Position numbers and translations under genes: made by a program. The notes under the pieces were generated by a model that worked only from the letters and a program-made list of their open reading frames with translations, did not search any database and was not told the DNA's origin. From positions 17,302 through 81,301 of the forward strand of contig JAXMBI010000030.1 in the NCBI GenBank assembly GCA_046349955.1: a DNA stretch of 64,000 bases, in the 5' to 3' direction. This DNA comes from Pirellulales bacterium (GTDB lineage Bacteria > Planctomycetota > Planctomycetia > Pirellulales > JBGAPH01). Of the stretch, positions 9,629 through 18,693 are shown in pieces (within the stretch, counting starts at the first letter, position 1; each line of letters opens with the position of its first letter).

Positions 9629-10633
9629 CTATGGGGAGTTGCTTGGAAGGTTAAAAGCCAATAAGTCTTCGAGCCGGTGGACCAAGGCGCTGATGAGCGC
9701 GAAAACAACGGACAGGTCACCGTCCGGCACCGTGACTACGATCGTCCCGGCACTTTCCTCCAGCTTCGCGCGAGGCGCATCACGGCTTTCAGACAATTCC
9801 GCAGGTCGCCAAATCCGCGTCGCGGCGGCCAGGCCATCTGGGATCGCCGGCCGGTAGACGACACGCAACTCAGGGCTCACGCGGTCCTTCGCGAAGAAAG
9901 TAGTGCGGGCTTCGGGCCGAATCGGTTCAGTCTTCGCAGGAAACGCGCGCACGCCCCACACCGCGGCCCAGGGCGCCACGTCACTCCAATCAAGCACCGA
10001 AGCAGGGACGGCGATTTTGCGATCGGCTTGCGCAACGCGCGCGAGGAGTTCCCGGAGATAGGTGTCGCTCGTAGCCACGATGAGCGCGTCGTTCGCCCAA
10101 GTGACGAACACCCCTTCCCAGGGTTTTTCCGGGTAGACCCCCTCTCGAACAAAGCTCGAGGGAAACTTGTAGACCGTAGCCTTCCCCTCGGACCCGATCG
10201 AACGCGCATTCTCGGCCAGCCAGCTCGTCAGGGCTTGACGATCCTCGGCCGTTAGCGATCCGAGACCGAAGATCGTGCAGCCTTCGTAGCGGAGCGACCC
10301 GAACGCACTCACCACCTCAGTCCCACGGTGCGCATGAATTGCCCACGCCGCTGATTTATTCTCTAACGCCGGCACGGCGAGCGCGTCCCCGAAGGCCATA
10401 AATTCTAGCAACGACATCCTGGGTCCTGTCTTTGGCCCCGGCGGCGCGGACGCAAATCGCAATTCGAGCGCCGTGGAAACGAACAGCGTATCGCAGTCGG
10501 CCGGCAACCAAGAGAGAGCATCCCGCGCCGGAGCTGGGAGTGACGCGAGCGACTTGAGCTGTGGGGCCCCTTCCTCGGCCAATGCTGCCGCTGCCAGTGC
10601 GAGAAACAGGCCGAGGAACGAAAGTCTGCGCAT
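9629..10633 (-). CDS. secreted hypothetical protein (334 aa)
   Basis: Classical signal peptide MRRLSFLGLFLALAAAALAEE. Coding-type GC3 holds throughout. I recognise no motif. Confidence 0.7.
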   Translation of the reverse strand: MRRLSFLGLFLALAAAALAEEGAPQLKSLASLPAPARDALSWLPADCDTLFVSTALELRFASAPPGPKTGPRMSLLEFMAFGDALAVPALENKSAAWAIHAHRGTEVVSAFGSLRYEGCTIFGLGSLTAEDRQALTSWLAENARSIGSEGKATVYKFPSSFVREGVYPEKPWEGVFVTWANDALIVATSDTYLRELLARVAQADRKIAVPASVLDWSDVAPWAAVWGVRAFPAKTEPIRPEARTTFFAKDRVSPELRVVYRPAIPDGLAAATRIWRPAELSESRDAPRAKLEESAGTIVVTVPDGDLSVVFALISALVHRLEDLLAFNLPSNSP

Positions 10634-10872
10634 GGCAATTCCCCTCCGGGCATAGCCCGTCTTTAAGGAACGCGGGCTGAACAGAGCAGAAAGCGAATCG
10701 TCGACATCGTGCAGATTCGCACCAAAATCAAGGGACCGATTCCGACAGCCGTTGACCCAGCGCGGCTTATTCTCTCACGGTGCGCTGCTCACGGCAACAG
10801 AGTTGCGGTGTGAGCGCATTCGTTCGCTCGAATAATTCGCGCGGCCGCATCGAGCGGTAGGAAGAAGGTTGC

Positions 10873-11907
10873 CTACCCCGCCCCGCGCCGCGACAGCAGC
10901 CCATTTGCCACCAGCGCCACCATCAGCACCGTGCCGAGCACGAGCGGCCGGGCGTGGTCTTCGATCTTCATTTGGTTGAGGCCGATGTCGAGCGTGGTGA
11001 AGGTGAGCACGCCCAGCAGCGTGCGCCCCATGCTGCCTTGACCGCCGAGCAAGCTCGTGCCTCCCAGGACGACGCAGGCGACCGCTTGCAGCAGTAGGTC
11101 GCGGTTTTGGTCGAGGCTCACGCTGCCGAGCCTGCCAGCGTTCACGAGTCCGGCCACGCCGCTGGCGAGCGCCGAGATCACCAAGCAGGCGACGACCACC
11201 TGGCCGCAGCGCACGCCCGAGAAGTAGGCCGCGCGGCGGTTGGCCCCCGTCATGTAGACCGAGCGGCCGAAGCGGGTGTGGACGAGGGCGTAGTGCCCCG
11301 CAGCCAAGATTGCCGCGGCCAATAGGGCGCTATAGGGAATCATTGCCCGCGGCGTGAGTTCGATGCCGCGGTTGCCCAGCGTGTCGAGCAACCGCGGCAC
11401 GTCGTGCTGCACGCTCCGCGTGAGATAACGAGCGAGGCCGTAGGCGATGTTCATCGTGGCCAGCGTAATGATGAAGCTCGGCAGCCGCGACCACACGACG
11501 ATCAGGCCTGAGAGAGCGCCTAGCAGCACGCTCGTGGCCAGCGGCACGAGCAGCGTTACCGCCACCGCCCAAGCGCCCGGCTGGCCGCTGCCTCCTGCGC
11601 CGGCGGCCCAGGGGCGCTCGTAGAGCCAGCCGCAGAAGCAGGCGGTCCAGAGGGCGATCATGCCGACCCCTAGGTCGATCTCGCCGCAGAGGATGACGAA
11701 CGTCAGCCCCGCCGAGGCGATCGCCAGCACCGAGCCCTGCTTGAGAATCTGCATCGCGGTGACGGGACGCAGAAAGCTTTCGCTCGCCAGCGCGAAGAAA
11801 CCTGCGATCAGCAGCAGCGAGACGAGCGGCGCCCAATCGCGGGCCTCCCAGCGGGTGAACCAAGAGCGGCCCACACGAGCGACCGGAGCGGACGACGGAG
11901 CGGACAT
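10873..11907 (-). CDS. sugar (ribose/xylose-type) ABC transporter permease, RbsC/AraH family
   Basis: Family signatures are present: CGEIDLGVGM, LPSFIITLATMNIAYGL, HTRFGRSVYMTGANRRAAYFSGV and VVLGGTSLLGGQGS. I place the start at ATG 11907 (MSAPSS...); the upstream extension to 12081 is Arg/Pro-rich and not membrane-like. Confidence 0.85.
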   Translation of the reverse strand: MSAPSSAPVARVGRSWFTRWEARDWAPLVSLLLIAGFFALASESFLRPVTAMQILKQGSVLAIASAGLTFVILCGEIDLGVGMIALWTACFCGWLYERPWAAGAGGSGQPGAWAVAVTLLVPLATSVLLGALSGLIVVWSRLPSFIITLATMNIAYGLARYLTRSVQHDVPRLLDTLGNRGIELTPRAMIPYSALLAAAILAAGHYALVHTRFGRSVYMTGANRRAAYFSGVRCGQVVVACLVISALASGVAGLVNAGRLGSVSLDQNRDLLLQAVACVVLGGTSLLGGQGSMGRTLLGVLTFTTLDIGLNQMKIEDHARPLVLGTVLMVALVANGLLSRRGAG

Positions 11908-12081
11908 GAGGAAGCGGCGAATGAGGGCGGGGTTTGCGGATTGCCCGCCAGTGTAGAAAGGGGGCGCACGCGACGCCACCTGCAGTGGCCGAAAGGCCAC
12001 ACGTGCGGTTTTCGCCACTGGAACGCTCGGGGTGCAGCGCCGCGGGTTTGACCGCGCGGCGGGGCGACCTAGCGTTGGCAC

Positions 12082-12180
12082 ATGGAATCGGCCGTGCTCG
12101 AACTGACGTTGCTCGTGCTGCTGGCCCTGTGGGGCATAGCGGCGATGGCCGGCTTCGGCTTTTGGCGGGTGCAGGGCTAA
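12082..12180 (+). CDS. possible 32-aa single-pass membrane peptide
   Basis: ATG ORF encoding MESAVLELTLLVLLALWGIAAMAGFGFWRVQG. About 28 of 32 codons end in G or C, which is coding-like. It lies in an otherwise unassigned 480-bp gap. I have no homology evidence. Confidence 0.3.
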   Translation: MESAVLELTLLVLLALWGIAAMAGFGFWRVQG

Positions 12181-12389
12181 CGGCGAGGAGAAAACGTCGC
12201 CCCCGGTCCAGCGAGCCGCCGGCCTTTACGCCGGCGGTCCCCGATGATCGCGGGCTTCGTGTGGAGCGTTGTCGCGCCGAACCGAGGAGGCCTTCATCCA
12301 CGATTGCCTCGAATGCCGATCGGCATGACGGTTTCAATTCTCGTCACGGGCGTCGGCGGGTCGCTAGAAGCGAGTTTCATCGATCCGCA

Positions 12390-15300
12390 CTACGGCCGGT
12401 CGTCGGCCGAATGACGGGCACGACGCTTGGCGGCCAGCAGACGCTCGGTGTAGCTCTCGGCCGCTGGTTGTTCGGCGGCGAGCTTGGGCGCAGCGCTAGC
12501 TACGGCGCGCACCGCGGGGGCCGGCTCGTCGGCCAGGGCCGCACTCAGATCGCCGCTGAAGGCCGCCGACGGCTCGAACCGCGCGGCCGTTCCTTCGAGC
12601 GATGCCCTCACCGCTTGCTTCGAGCTCTTGAGGCGATCGAGGTATTCCGGCTGCGCGATCGTGCGAGCGCCGCGCAGCCGCGTCCACGCGGCGGCGAGCC
12701 AGCCGTAGAGCCCCGTCGGGTCGACCATCACGCGGCGATTGAAGACGTCGCAGAAGAAGACCGTGGCGGCCAACAGGGCGCACAACGGCCAGGCCATGCG
12801 GCGGCTCTCGGCGAGTTGCAAGTCGCCGCGGAAGACGTCGGTCGCGAGCGCCTGGTCCAAAGTCCAAGCGCCGGCCGGCCCGCCGATGACCTTGCCGTCG
12901 CCGCCGCCGGTGGGCTGCACGCCCGCCAGGTCGGTGAGCAGACGATCGTTCGAGGCCCGCTCGTTGTACTCGGCCGAGTACGGTACGGTGATGCCGGCCC
13001 GCAGCGGCGCTCGCCCGGGGCCAGGCAGGATCGTGAGAAAGTAGGAGCCGGGGCTCGTGGCTTCGAACTCGCCTTGGTAGCGGCCGGGGGCTGTTTGCCG
13101 GATCGACACCGTCTTGGCCGTGAGATCGGGTTCGACCACGGTGGCCGTCATTGTGAGCGCGTTGAGGAAGCGGCTTTCCTCGTCGAGCGCGTTCAGCACC
13201 ACGGTGGCATGGCCATCGCGCTGATCGACGGCGAGCTGGAAGCGGCCGTCCTGATCGGAGGGGCGCAGCGCCCAACGCATCATCTGGGCGAAGAGCTTGT
13301 CGTAGCCGTTCCAATCGGGCCACTGCTTGGCCCAGCGGCGGCCGGCGTCGGTCGTCCAGGCCACGGCCCGCCCCGCGCCAAAGGTCCAGGCGGCGAGCAG
13401 CGTGTTCTCGCGCCCGGCAGGCACGGGAGACATCATGGCCAGCTCCACGAGCGGGCTCTCTTTGAGCGTGGTCATCACGAAGCCGGTCAGCGGCGGCAGC
13501 GCGTCTCCCAGGCCGCGGAGGATCTCTTGATCGCCTACGACCGACGGCGTGAAGCCCTTGTCGTTTTCGTACACCACGGGGCGGGCCACGCGGCGGGCCT
13601 CGTTCACAAAGATTCGCGGGATCGAGCGCGGATTGTCGACCGAGTAGAACTTGCCGCCCCCTTGCTGGGCAATGTTCAGCATCCGCGGCTTATCAGAGCC
13701 CTGCCCCACGGCCACCGTGCTGACCGTGATGTTGGCTGCCCGCATTTGCTTGACCAAAGTGGCGAAGTCGGCCTCGTTCGTCTGGCCGTCGGAGAGCACG
13801 ATCATGTGCTTTACCGAGGCCTCGGTCTGCGCGAGGGAGCGAAAGCCCTCGAGCATGCCGGGGTACATGTCGGTGCCGCCCCCCGGGGTGATCGTGTTGA
13901 TCTGGGCCGTCAGCCGCTCGGGGGACCGCACCGACTGCATGGGCACCACGCGGTAGGCGGCCGAATCGAACGCCACCACGCCCACGAAGTCCTTCGGGCT
14001 GAGCACTTTGACCGCCTCGCGGGCCGCGTTCTTGCTCAGCTCGAGTTTCTCGCCCGACATCGAGCCCGAGCGGTCGATCACGAGCATCAAGGCGCCGACA
14101 GGCACGACCTCGGCCCCTTTGATCTGAAAGTCGACCGGCATCGCCTTCTCGAGCTCGGTGCCTGACCAGCCGCCGGCGCCGAAGCTATTGGGGCCGCCCA
14201 GCATGACCAGGCCCGCGCCGAGCTCGCGCGTGTTGCGCACGAGGAGGGCGATTTGCTGGTCGTTGATCTCGGTGACGCGTTCCCCTTGGTCGTCGCCGGT
14301 GCGGGCTACGTTGGCCAGGATCACCAGATCGTAGCGCTGCAGATCGGCCAGGTTCTCGAAGAGTTCGTTGCTCTTGCGAATCTCGACTTCGAGTTCCTCC
14401 TGCCGCAAGCGGTCGGCCAGCACGTCGAACTCGCCGGGGCTCGTCCAGTCTTCCACCAGCAGAACCCGCCCCTTTCCGCGAACGTGCGTGAAGCTCGTGG
14501 CGCGGTTGTTCTGGGCGTAGCGATCTCCAGACGGCGAGTCGGGAACGAAGCGGGCTTCGTAGGTGTAGAAGTCGGCGGCGTCGATGCGGTCTTGAATCGA
14601 GAGCACGCGCTTGCCGGGGCCGAGCGTAACGTCTTCTTCGACCACAAGGTCCTCGTGCTCGCCGCTGCGGCGGACCACACGGAGCTTGCCATGGGCCGCC
14701 GGCGCCTGCTGTCCGGCCGGCGCTTGGTTGTGAAGCACCACGCGTAAGTCAAAGGGCGCTCCTTGGCGAATCTCCGGCGAGAGCGCGACCTTCTCGACGG
14801 CAACGTCGGGCTGCGGGGCCATGGAAACCGGCAACACGTCGATGCCGATGCCGGCCTCGGCCAGCGCGCGCGCCTGACGCAGCGACTGTCCCAGATTCTC
14901 GTTGCCGTCGCTGATGATGACGATCCGCTTGGCCGAGTCGGGCGGAAACGACGCCTGGGCCAGCTTGAGCGCGGCGGTGAGGTTGGTGTGCTCGCGGTCG
15001 ATAGGGGCTTCGAACGCGGTGAGCTCGAAGTCCCCTTCGATGGGCGGCACCTCGACCGCCGCCTCGCGGCCGAACACGATCACGCCGGCCCTGTCGGCGC
15101 GGAGGCCGCGGCGGTGGGCCCGAACCGACTCGGTGACGAACTTGCGGGCAGCGTCCGACTGGTCGGAGGGCACGCTGAGCGAACGGTCGAGCAGGTAGAA
15201 AACGGTGAGCCGCTCGTGGCGGCGAACCATTTCGGCCTCGGCCAGGGCCATCACGATCAGCACATAGACGGCCGTGCGCAGGGCGAAGGCCAGCCAGCGG

Positions 15301-15416
15301 CGAACCGGCGACATGGCGGTCAAGCTGCGGCGGCCGAGCCACCACACCAGTGGGAGCCCCAGCAGCAACAGCAGATACCAAGGCTCGCCGAAGCTGATTC
15401 GATTGCCGAGTTCCAC
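12390..15416 (-). CDS. BatA-like von Willebrand factor A domain membrane protein (1008 aa)
   Basis: The N-terminal double-TM segment is of aerotolerance BatA type (EPWYLLLLLGLPLVWWL ... RTAVYVLIVMALAEA). Two vWA modules carry DxSxS MIDAS motifs (LLDRSLSVP; LVIDRSGSMSGEKL). A C-terminal TM helix reads MAWPLCALLAATVFFCDVF. Confidence 0.9.
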   Translation of the reverse strand: MELGNRISFGEPWYLLLLLGLPLVWWLGRRSLTAMSPVRRWLAFALRTAVYVLIVMALAEAEMVRRHERLTVFYLLDRSLSVPSDQSDAARKFVTESVRAHRRGLRADRAGVIVFGREAAVEVPPIEGDFELTAFEAPIDREHTNLTAALKLAQASFPPDSAKRIVIISDGNENLGQSLRQARALAEAGIGIDVLPVSMAPQPDVAVEKVALSPEIRQGAPFDLRVVLHNQAPAGQQAPAAHGKLRVVRRSGEHEDLVVEEDVTLGPGKRVLSIQDRIDAADFYTYEARFVPDSPSGDRYAQNNRATSFTHVRGKGRVLLVEDWTSPGEFDVLADRLRQEELEVEIRKSNELFENLADLQRYDLVILANVARTGDDQGERVTEINDQQIALLVRNTRELGAGLVMLGGPNSFGAGGWSGTELEKAMPVDFQIKGAEVVPVGALMLVIDRSGSMSGEKLELSKNAAREAVKVLSPKDFVGVVAFDSAAYRVVPMQSVRSPERLTAQINTITPGGGTDMYPGMLEGFRSLAQTEASVKHMIVLSDGQTNEADFATLVKQMRAANITVSTVAVGQGSDKPRMLNIAQQGGGKFYSVDNPRSIPRIFVNEARRVARPVVYENDKGFTPSVVGDQEILRGLGDALPPLTGFVMTTLKESPLVELAMMSPVPAGRENTLLAAWTFGAGRAVAWTTDAGRRWAKQWPDWNGYDKLFAQMMRWALRPSDQDGRFQLAVDQRDGHATVVLNALDEESRFLNALTMTATVVEPDLTAKTVSIRQTAPGRYQGEFEATSPGSYFLTILPGPGRAPLRAGITVPYSAEYNERASNDRLLTDLAGVQPTGGGDGKVIGGPAGAWTLDQALATDVFRGDLQLAESRRMAWPLCALLAATVFFCDVFNRRVMVDPTGLYGWLAAAWTRLRGARTIAQPEYLDRLKSSKQAVRASLEGTAARFEPSAAFSGDLSAALADEPAPAVRAVASAAPKLAAEQPAAESYTERLLAAKRRARHSADDRP

Positions 15417-15849
15417 GCCGGCCGTCCTCTTATCCGGATCTCAGGTGCGAGCGTCTCATCGATTCTCACCCGTCCGCCCAAGGTTTGCCAGGGGCTGGTT
15501 TTGGGCGCCGGTTGCGCGGCGTACGGAAGGTTTAGCGGCCAGCCCCCGTCCGCCGGCCTGACTCAGGCCCCGAATTGGTGCGCAGGGCCGCTCGGATTTC
15601 CTTGAAACCCACCCTGGGGCCGCCTACACTGAGGGTTTGCCTGGCGGACAAGGGGCCTACGGGCCATCCCTGAACCGGGTGCACGCTGCGTGCGTAACTA
15701 TCGATACGCACGGCGGCTAGCGTCGGTCTGACGGGAGGTTCCGGAATTCCTGTCATCCCCTGAATCGAGCAGCAACACGCGCCCCGCATTTTCTTCTGGG
15801 CGCTTTTTCATCCGTACTTCTTCCCGTCTGAATCTCTCCCGAGGCACGC

Positions 15850-16782
15850 ATGAGCACTGCCGTGACGCGTGACCCACAGGCTTCCTCTCCGGCCACCAGC
15901 CGGGAAGCAGTGGTCGAAACCCGCAGCCTCTCCAAGGTTTATCGCGATTTCTGGGGCCGGCAAAAGGTCCGGGCGCTCAAGGCGCTCGACCTCGAGATCT
16001 ATCGCGGCGAGATCTTCGGTCTACTCGGGCCCAACGGCTCGGGCAAAACGACCACGATCAAGCTCATTTTGGGCCTGCTCTTTCCGACGACCGGCAAGGC
16101 GCTCGTCTTCGGCAAAGACGCCACCGACGTGCAGAAGAACGAGCAGATCGGCTACCTGCCGGAAGAATCCTACCTGTACAAGTTTCTGAACGCCGAGGAA
16201 ACGCTCGACTTCTACGGCCGGCTGTTCGACATGTCGGCCCAAGAGCGCCGCGAGCGGGCCGCCCGCCTGATCACCATGGTCAAGCTCGACTGGGCCAAGA
16301 AGCGGCAGTTGCGCGAGTACTCCAAGGGCATGACCCGCCGCATCGGCCTGGCCCAGGCGCTGATCAACGATCCCGAGCTGATCGTGCTCGACGAGCCGAC
16401 CACGGGCCTCGACCCGATCGGCACGCGCGAGATGAAGGACCTGATCCTGGACCTCAAGGCCCAGGGCAAGACAGTGCTCCTCTGCAGCCACTTGCTGGCC
16501 GACGTGCAGGACGTGTGCGACCGCATCGCGATCCTCTACCAGGGCGAGCTCAAGGAGTTGGGCCGCGTCGACAGCCTGCTCAAGGTCCGCGACGTGACGC
16601 AGATCCGCGCCTCAGGGCTGAACGATGCTTGCAAGGATGAGATCCGGGCGGCGATCGAGAAGCACCATGGCGACCTGATGCAGATGGACAACCCCACCAC
16701 CACGCTCGAGGAGCTGTTCCTCAGCATCGTCCGCGAGAGCGAGGCCCGGCCCGGACGCCGGGCCAAGGGAGACGGCGCTTAG
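15850..16782 (+). CDS. ABC transporter ATP-binding protein
   Basis: Walker [11 protein letters not shown]-loop GYLPEE, signature-like [13 protein letters not shown], Walker [14 protein letters not shown]-loop LLCSHLL. Confidence 0.95.
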   Translation: MSTAVTRDPQASSPATSREAVVETRSLSKVYRDFWGRQKVRALKALDLEIYRGEIFGLLGPNGSGKTTTIKLILGLLFPTTGKALVFGKDATDVQKNEQIGYLPEESYLYKFLNAEETLDFYGRLFDMSAQERRERAARLITMVKLDWAKKRQLREYSKGMTRRIGLAQALINDPELIVLDEPTTGLDPIGTREMKDLILDLKAQGKTVLLCSHLLADVQDVCDRIAILYQGELKELGRVDSLLKVRDVTQIRASGLNDACKDEIRAAIEKHHGDLMQMDNPTTTLEELFLSIVRESEARPGRRAKGDGA

Positions 16783-16863
16783 CGCATCCGAGCAGCTTGC
16801 CGCTGCCGGTGACCTCTCCCTCCCAACTCGTTGCGAACGCGGTTTCTCGAGTGTGAGCCTTCC

Positions 16864-18693
16864 ATGACCGTTGAACAGGACATTCCCGCTTTTCTTCAGT
16901 GGCTGCCGCCGGCGCTGCTGGGTTTTGCGCTGGCGGCCGCAGCCGTGGCCTTTCTGGCGCTGGTGTTTGGCTACGTGATCGCCGCCGCCCGGCATGGACC
17001 GGTGGCCGCCGGCGACATCACCTACCGCGTGGTTTCGACCGGTGTCGCCGACCTCTTGCGCACCTCGCCGCGGCGCGTGTTCGCCATCGCCAAGCTGGCG
17101 GTGCAGGAGTCGATTCGGCGGCGCGTGATCGTCGTGTTCGCCGTGTTCCTGGCGATCTTGCTCTTCGCCGGCTGGTATCTCGATGACTCGGTGGCCGACC
17201 CGGGCAAGCTCTATCTGAGCTTCGTGCTCTCCTGGACGAGCTACCTGGTGTTGCTGCTGGCGCTGTTCCTCAGCGTGTTCAGCCTGCCCAACGACATCAA
17301 GAACCGCACGATCTACACGATCGTGACCAAGCCGGTGCGCCCCGGCGAGATCGTGCTCGGCCGCATTCTGGGCTTCACCTTCGTGGGCACGCTGCTGCTG
17401 GCCTGCATGGGCGTGGCCAGTTACGTGTTCGTGGTTCGAGCCGTGGACCATAGCCATGGCGTCGTCGAAGTCGACGCCGCCGACGCCGCGACCGCCGGGC
17501 TGAAGCTGCGCTCCACCACCGACCACAACCACCGGCACGACGTGTTGACCGACAAAGACGGCAACTACGTGACCGACTTCCGCGAAGGGCACTGGCACGA
17601 GATCGAATCGCAGACCAGCGGCGACAAGACGAGCTACACCGTGGGTCCGCCCCTGGGCGTGCTGGTGGCTCGCGAGCCGCTCTACGCGGCGAAGCTCTCG
17701 TTTCTCGACCGCAACGGCAAGCCCACCGACAAGGGCGTGAACACCGGCAACGAATGGATGTACCGGAGCTTCATCGAAGGAGGCTCGCAGGCGGCGGCGA
17801 TCTGGAGTTTCGAGGGCGTCACGCCGACGTTGTTCCCGCGCGATCGCTTTCCCGACGGCCTGCCGCTCGAGTTGACGATTCGCGTTTTCCGCACGCACAA
17901 GGGAAACATCGAAAAAGGCGTGGCGGGGGGCATCGTGCTGCGCAATCCGCAAACGGGCGTCTCGACCGAACAGCTCGTGTTCCTGGCGCGCGACTACCAC
18001 GTCGACACGAAGCTGCTCAAGTGGGAGCAGAAGGACTCCAAGGGAAAGCCGCTCGACCTGATGAAGGACCTCGTGAGCAGCGACGGCAAGCTCGAGGTGA
18101 TCCTGACCTGCATCGACCCGGCCCAGTACTTTGGCATGGCCAAGGCCGACGTCTATCTCAAGGCCCGCGACGCCTCGTTTACTTGGAACTTCATTAAGGG
18201 CTTCGCCGGAATCTGGAGCCAGATGGTGCTGGTGATCGGCTTCGGCGTGATGTACAGCACCTTCCTGAACGGCGCCGTGGCGATGATGGCCACGCTCGGC
18301 ACGATTGTGGTCGGCTTCTTCGCCAGCTTCATCGCCCGCGTGATCCAAGGCACCTACAAGGGCGCGGAGACCGTGCCGGACGCCGTGATGGGGGGCGGAC
18401 CGATCGAATCCTTGATTCGCATCGTAACACAAAAGAACGTGATGACGGCCCTCGAGGAGAGTCCGGGCACGACCGTGGCCAAGATGCTCGATCAGGGACT
18501 GCTGTTCATGATGAGCGCGGTGGGCCGCATCGCCCCGAACTTTGGGGCGCTCGACAACTCCGATTACGTGGCCTACGGCTATAACATTCCCGCCGACATG
18601 GTGGGCGAACATCTGGTGACCGTGCTCGGCTACCTGCTCGCCCTGTTCGTGGCCGGCTACTTCTTCCTGAAGACGCGCGAGGTGGCCAAGTGA
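16864..18693 (+). CDS. ABC-2/NosY-like transporter permease with a large extracytoplasmic loop
   Basis: It follows the ATPase gene after an 81-nt gap. It has N- and C-terminal TM clusters plus a loop of about 230 aa. ATG 16864 is preferred over TTG 16831. The stop overlaps the next gene's GTG start (GTGA). Confidence 0.85.
   Translation: MTVEQDIPAFLQWLPPALLGFALAAAAVAFLALVFGYVIAAARHGPVAAGDITYRVVSTGVADLLRTSPRRVFAIAKLAVQESIRRRVIVVFAVFLAILLFAGWYLDDSVADPGKLYLSFVLSWTSYLVLLLALFLSVFSLPNDIKNRTIYTIVTKPVRPGEIVLGRILGFTFVGTLLLACMGVASYVFVVRAVDHSHGVVEVDAADAATAGLKLRSTTDHNHRHDVLTDKDGNYVTDFREGHWHEIESQTSGDKTSYTVGPPLGVLVAREPLYAAKLSFLDRNGKPTDKGVNTGNEWMYRSFIEGGSQAAAIWSFEGVTPTLFPRDRFPDGLPLELTIRVFRTHKGNIEKGVAGGIVLRNPQTGVSTEQLVFLARDYHVDTKLLKWEQKDSKGKPLDLMKDLVSSDGKLEVILTCIDPAQYFGMAKADVYLKARDASFTWNFIKGFAGIWSQMVLVIGFGVMYSTFLNGAVAMMATLGTIVVGFFASFIARVIQGTYKGAETVPDAVMGGGPIESLIRIVTQKNVMTALEESPGTTVAKMLDQGLLFMMSAVGRIAPNFGALDNSDYVAYGYNIPADMVGEHLVTVLGYLLALFVAGYFFLKTREVAK

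Noticed and set aside
11934-14165. 743-aa plus-strand ORF overlapping the BatA-like gene
   Set aside because: It is antisense to a gene with MIDAS and vWA motifs. Its translation is Arg/Gly/His-rich nonsense.
16612-18612. 666-aa minus-strand ORF opposite the ABC permease
   Set aside because: It is an antisense shadow. The plus frame has TM helices and is translationally coupled to its neighbours.
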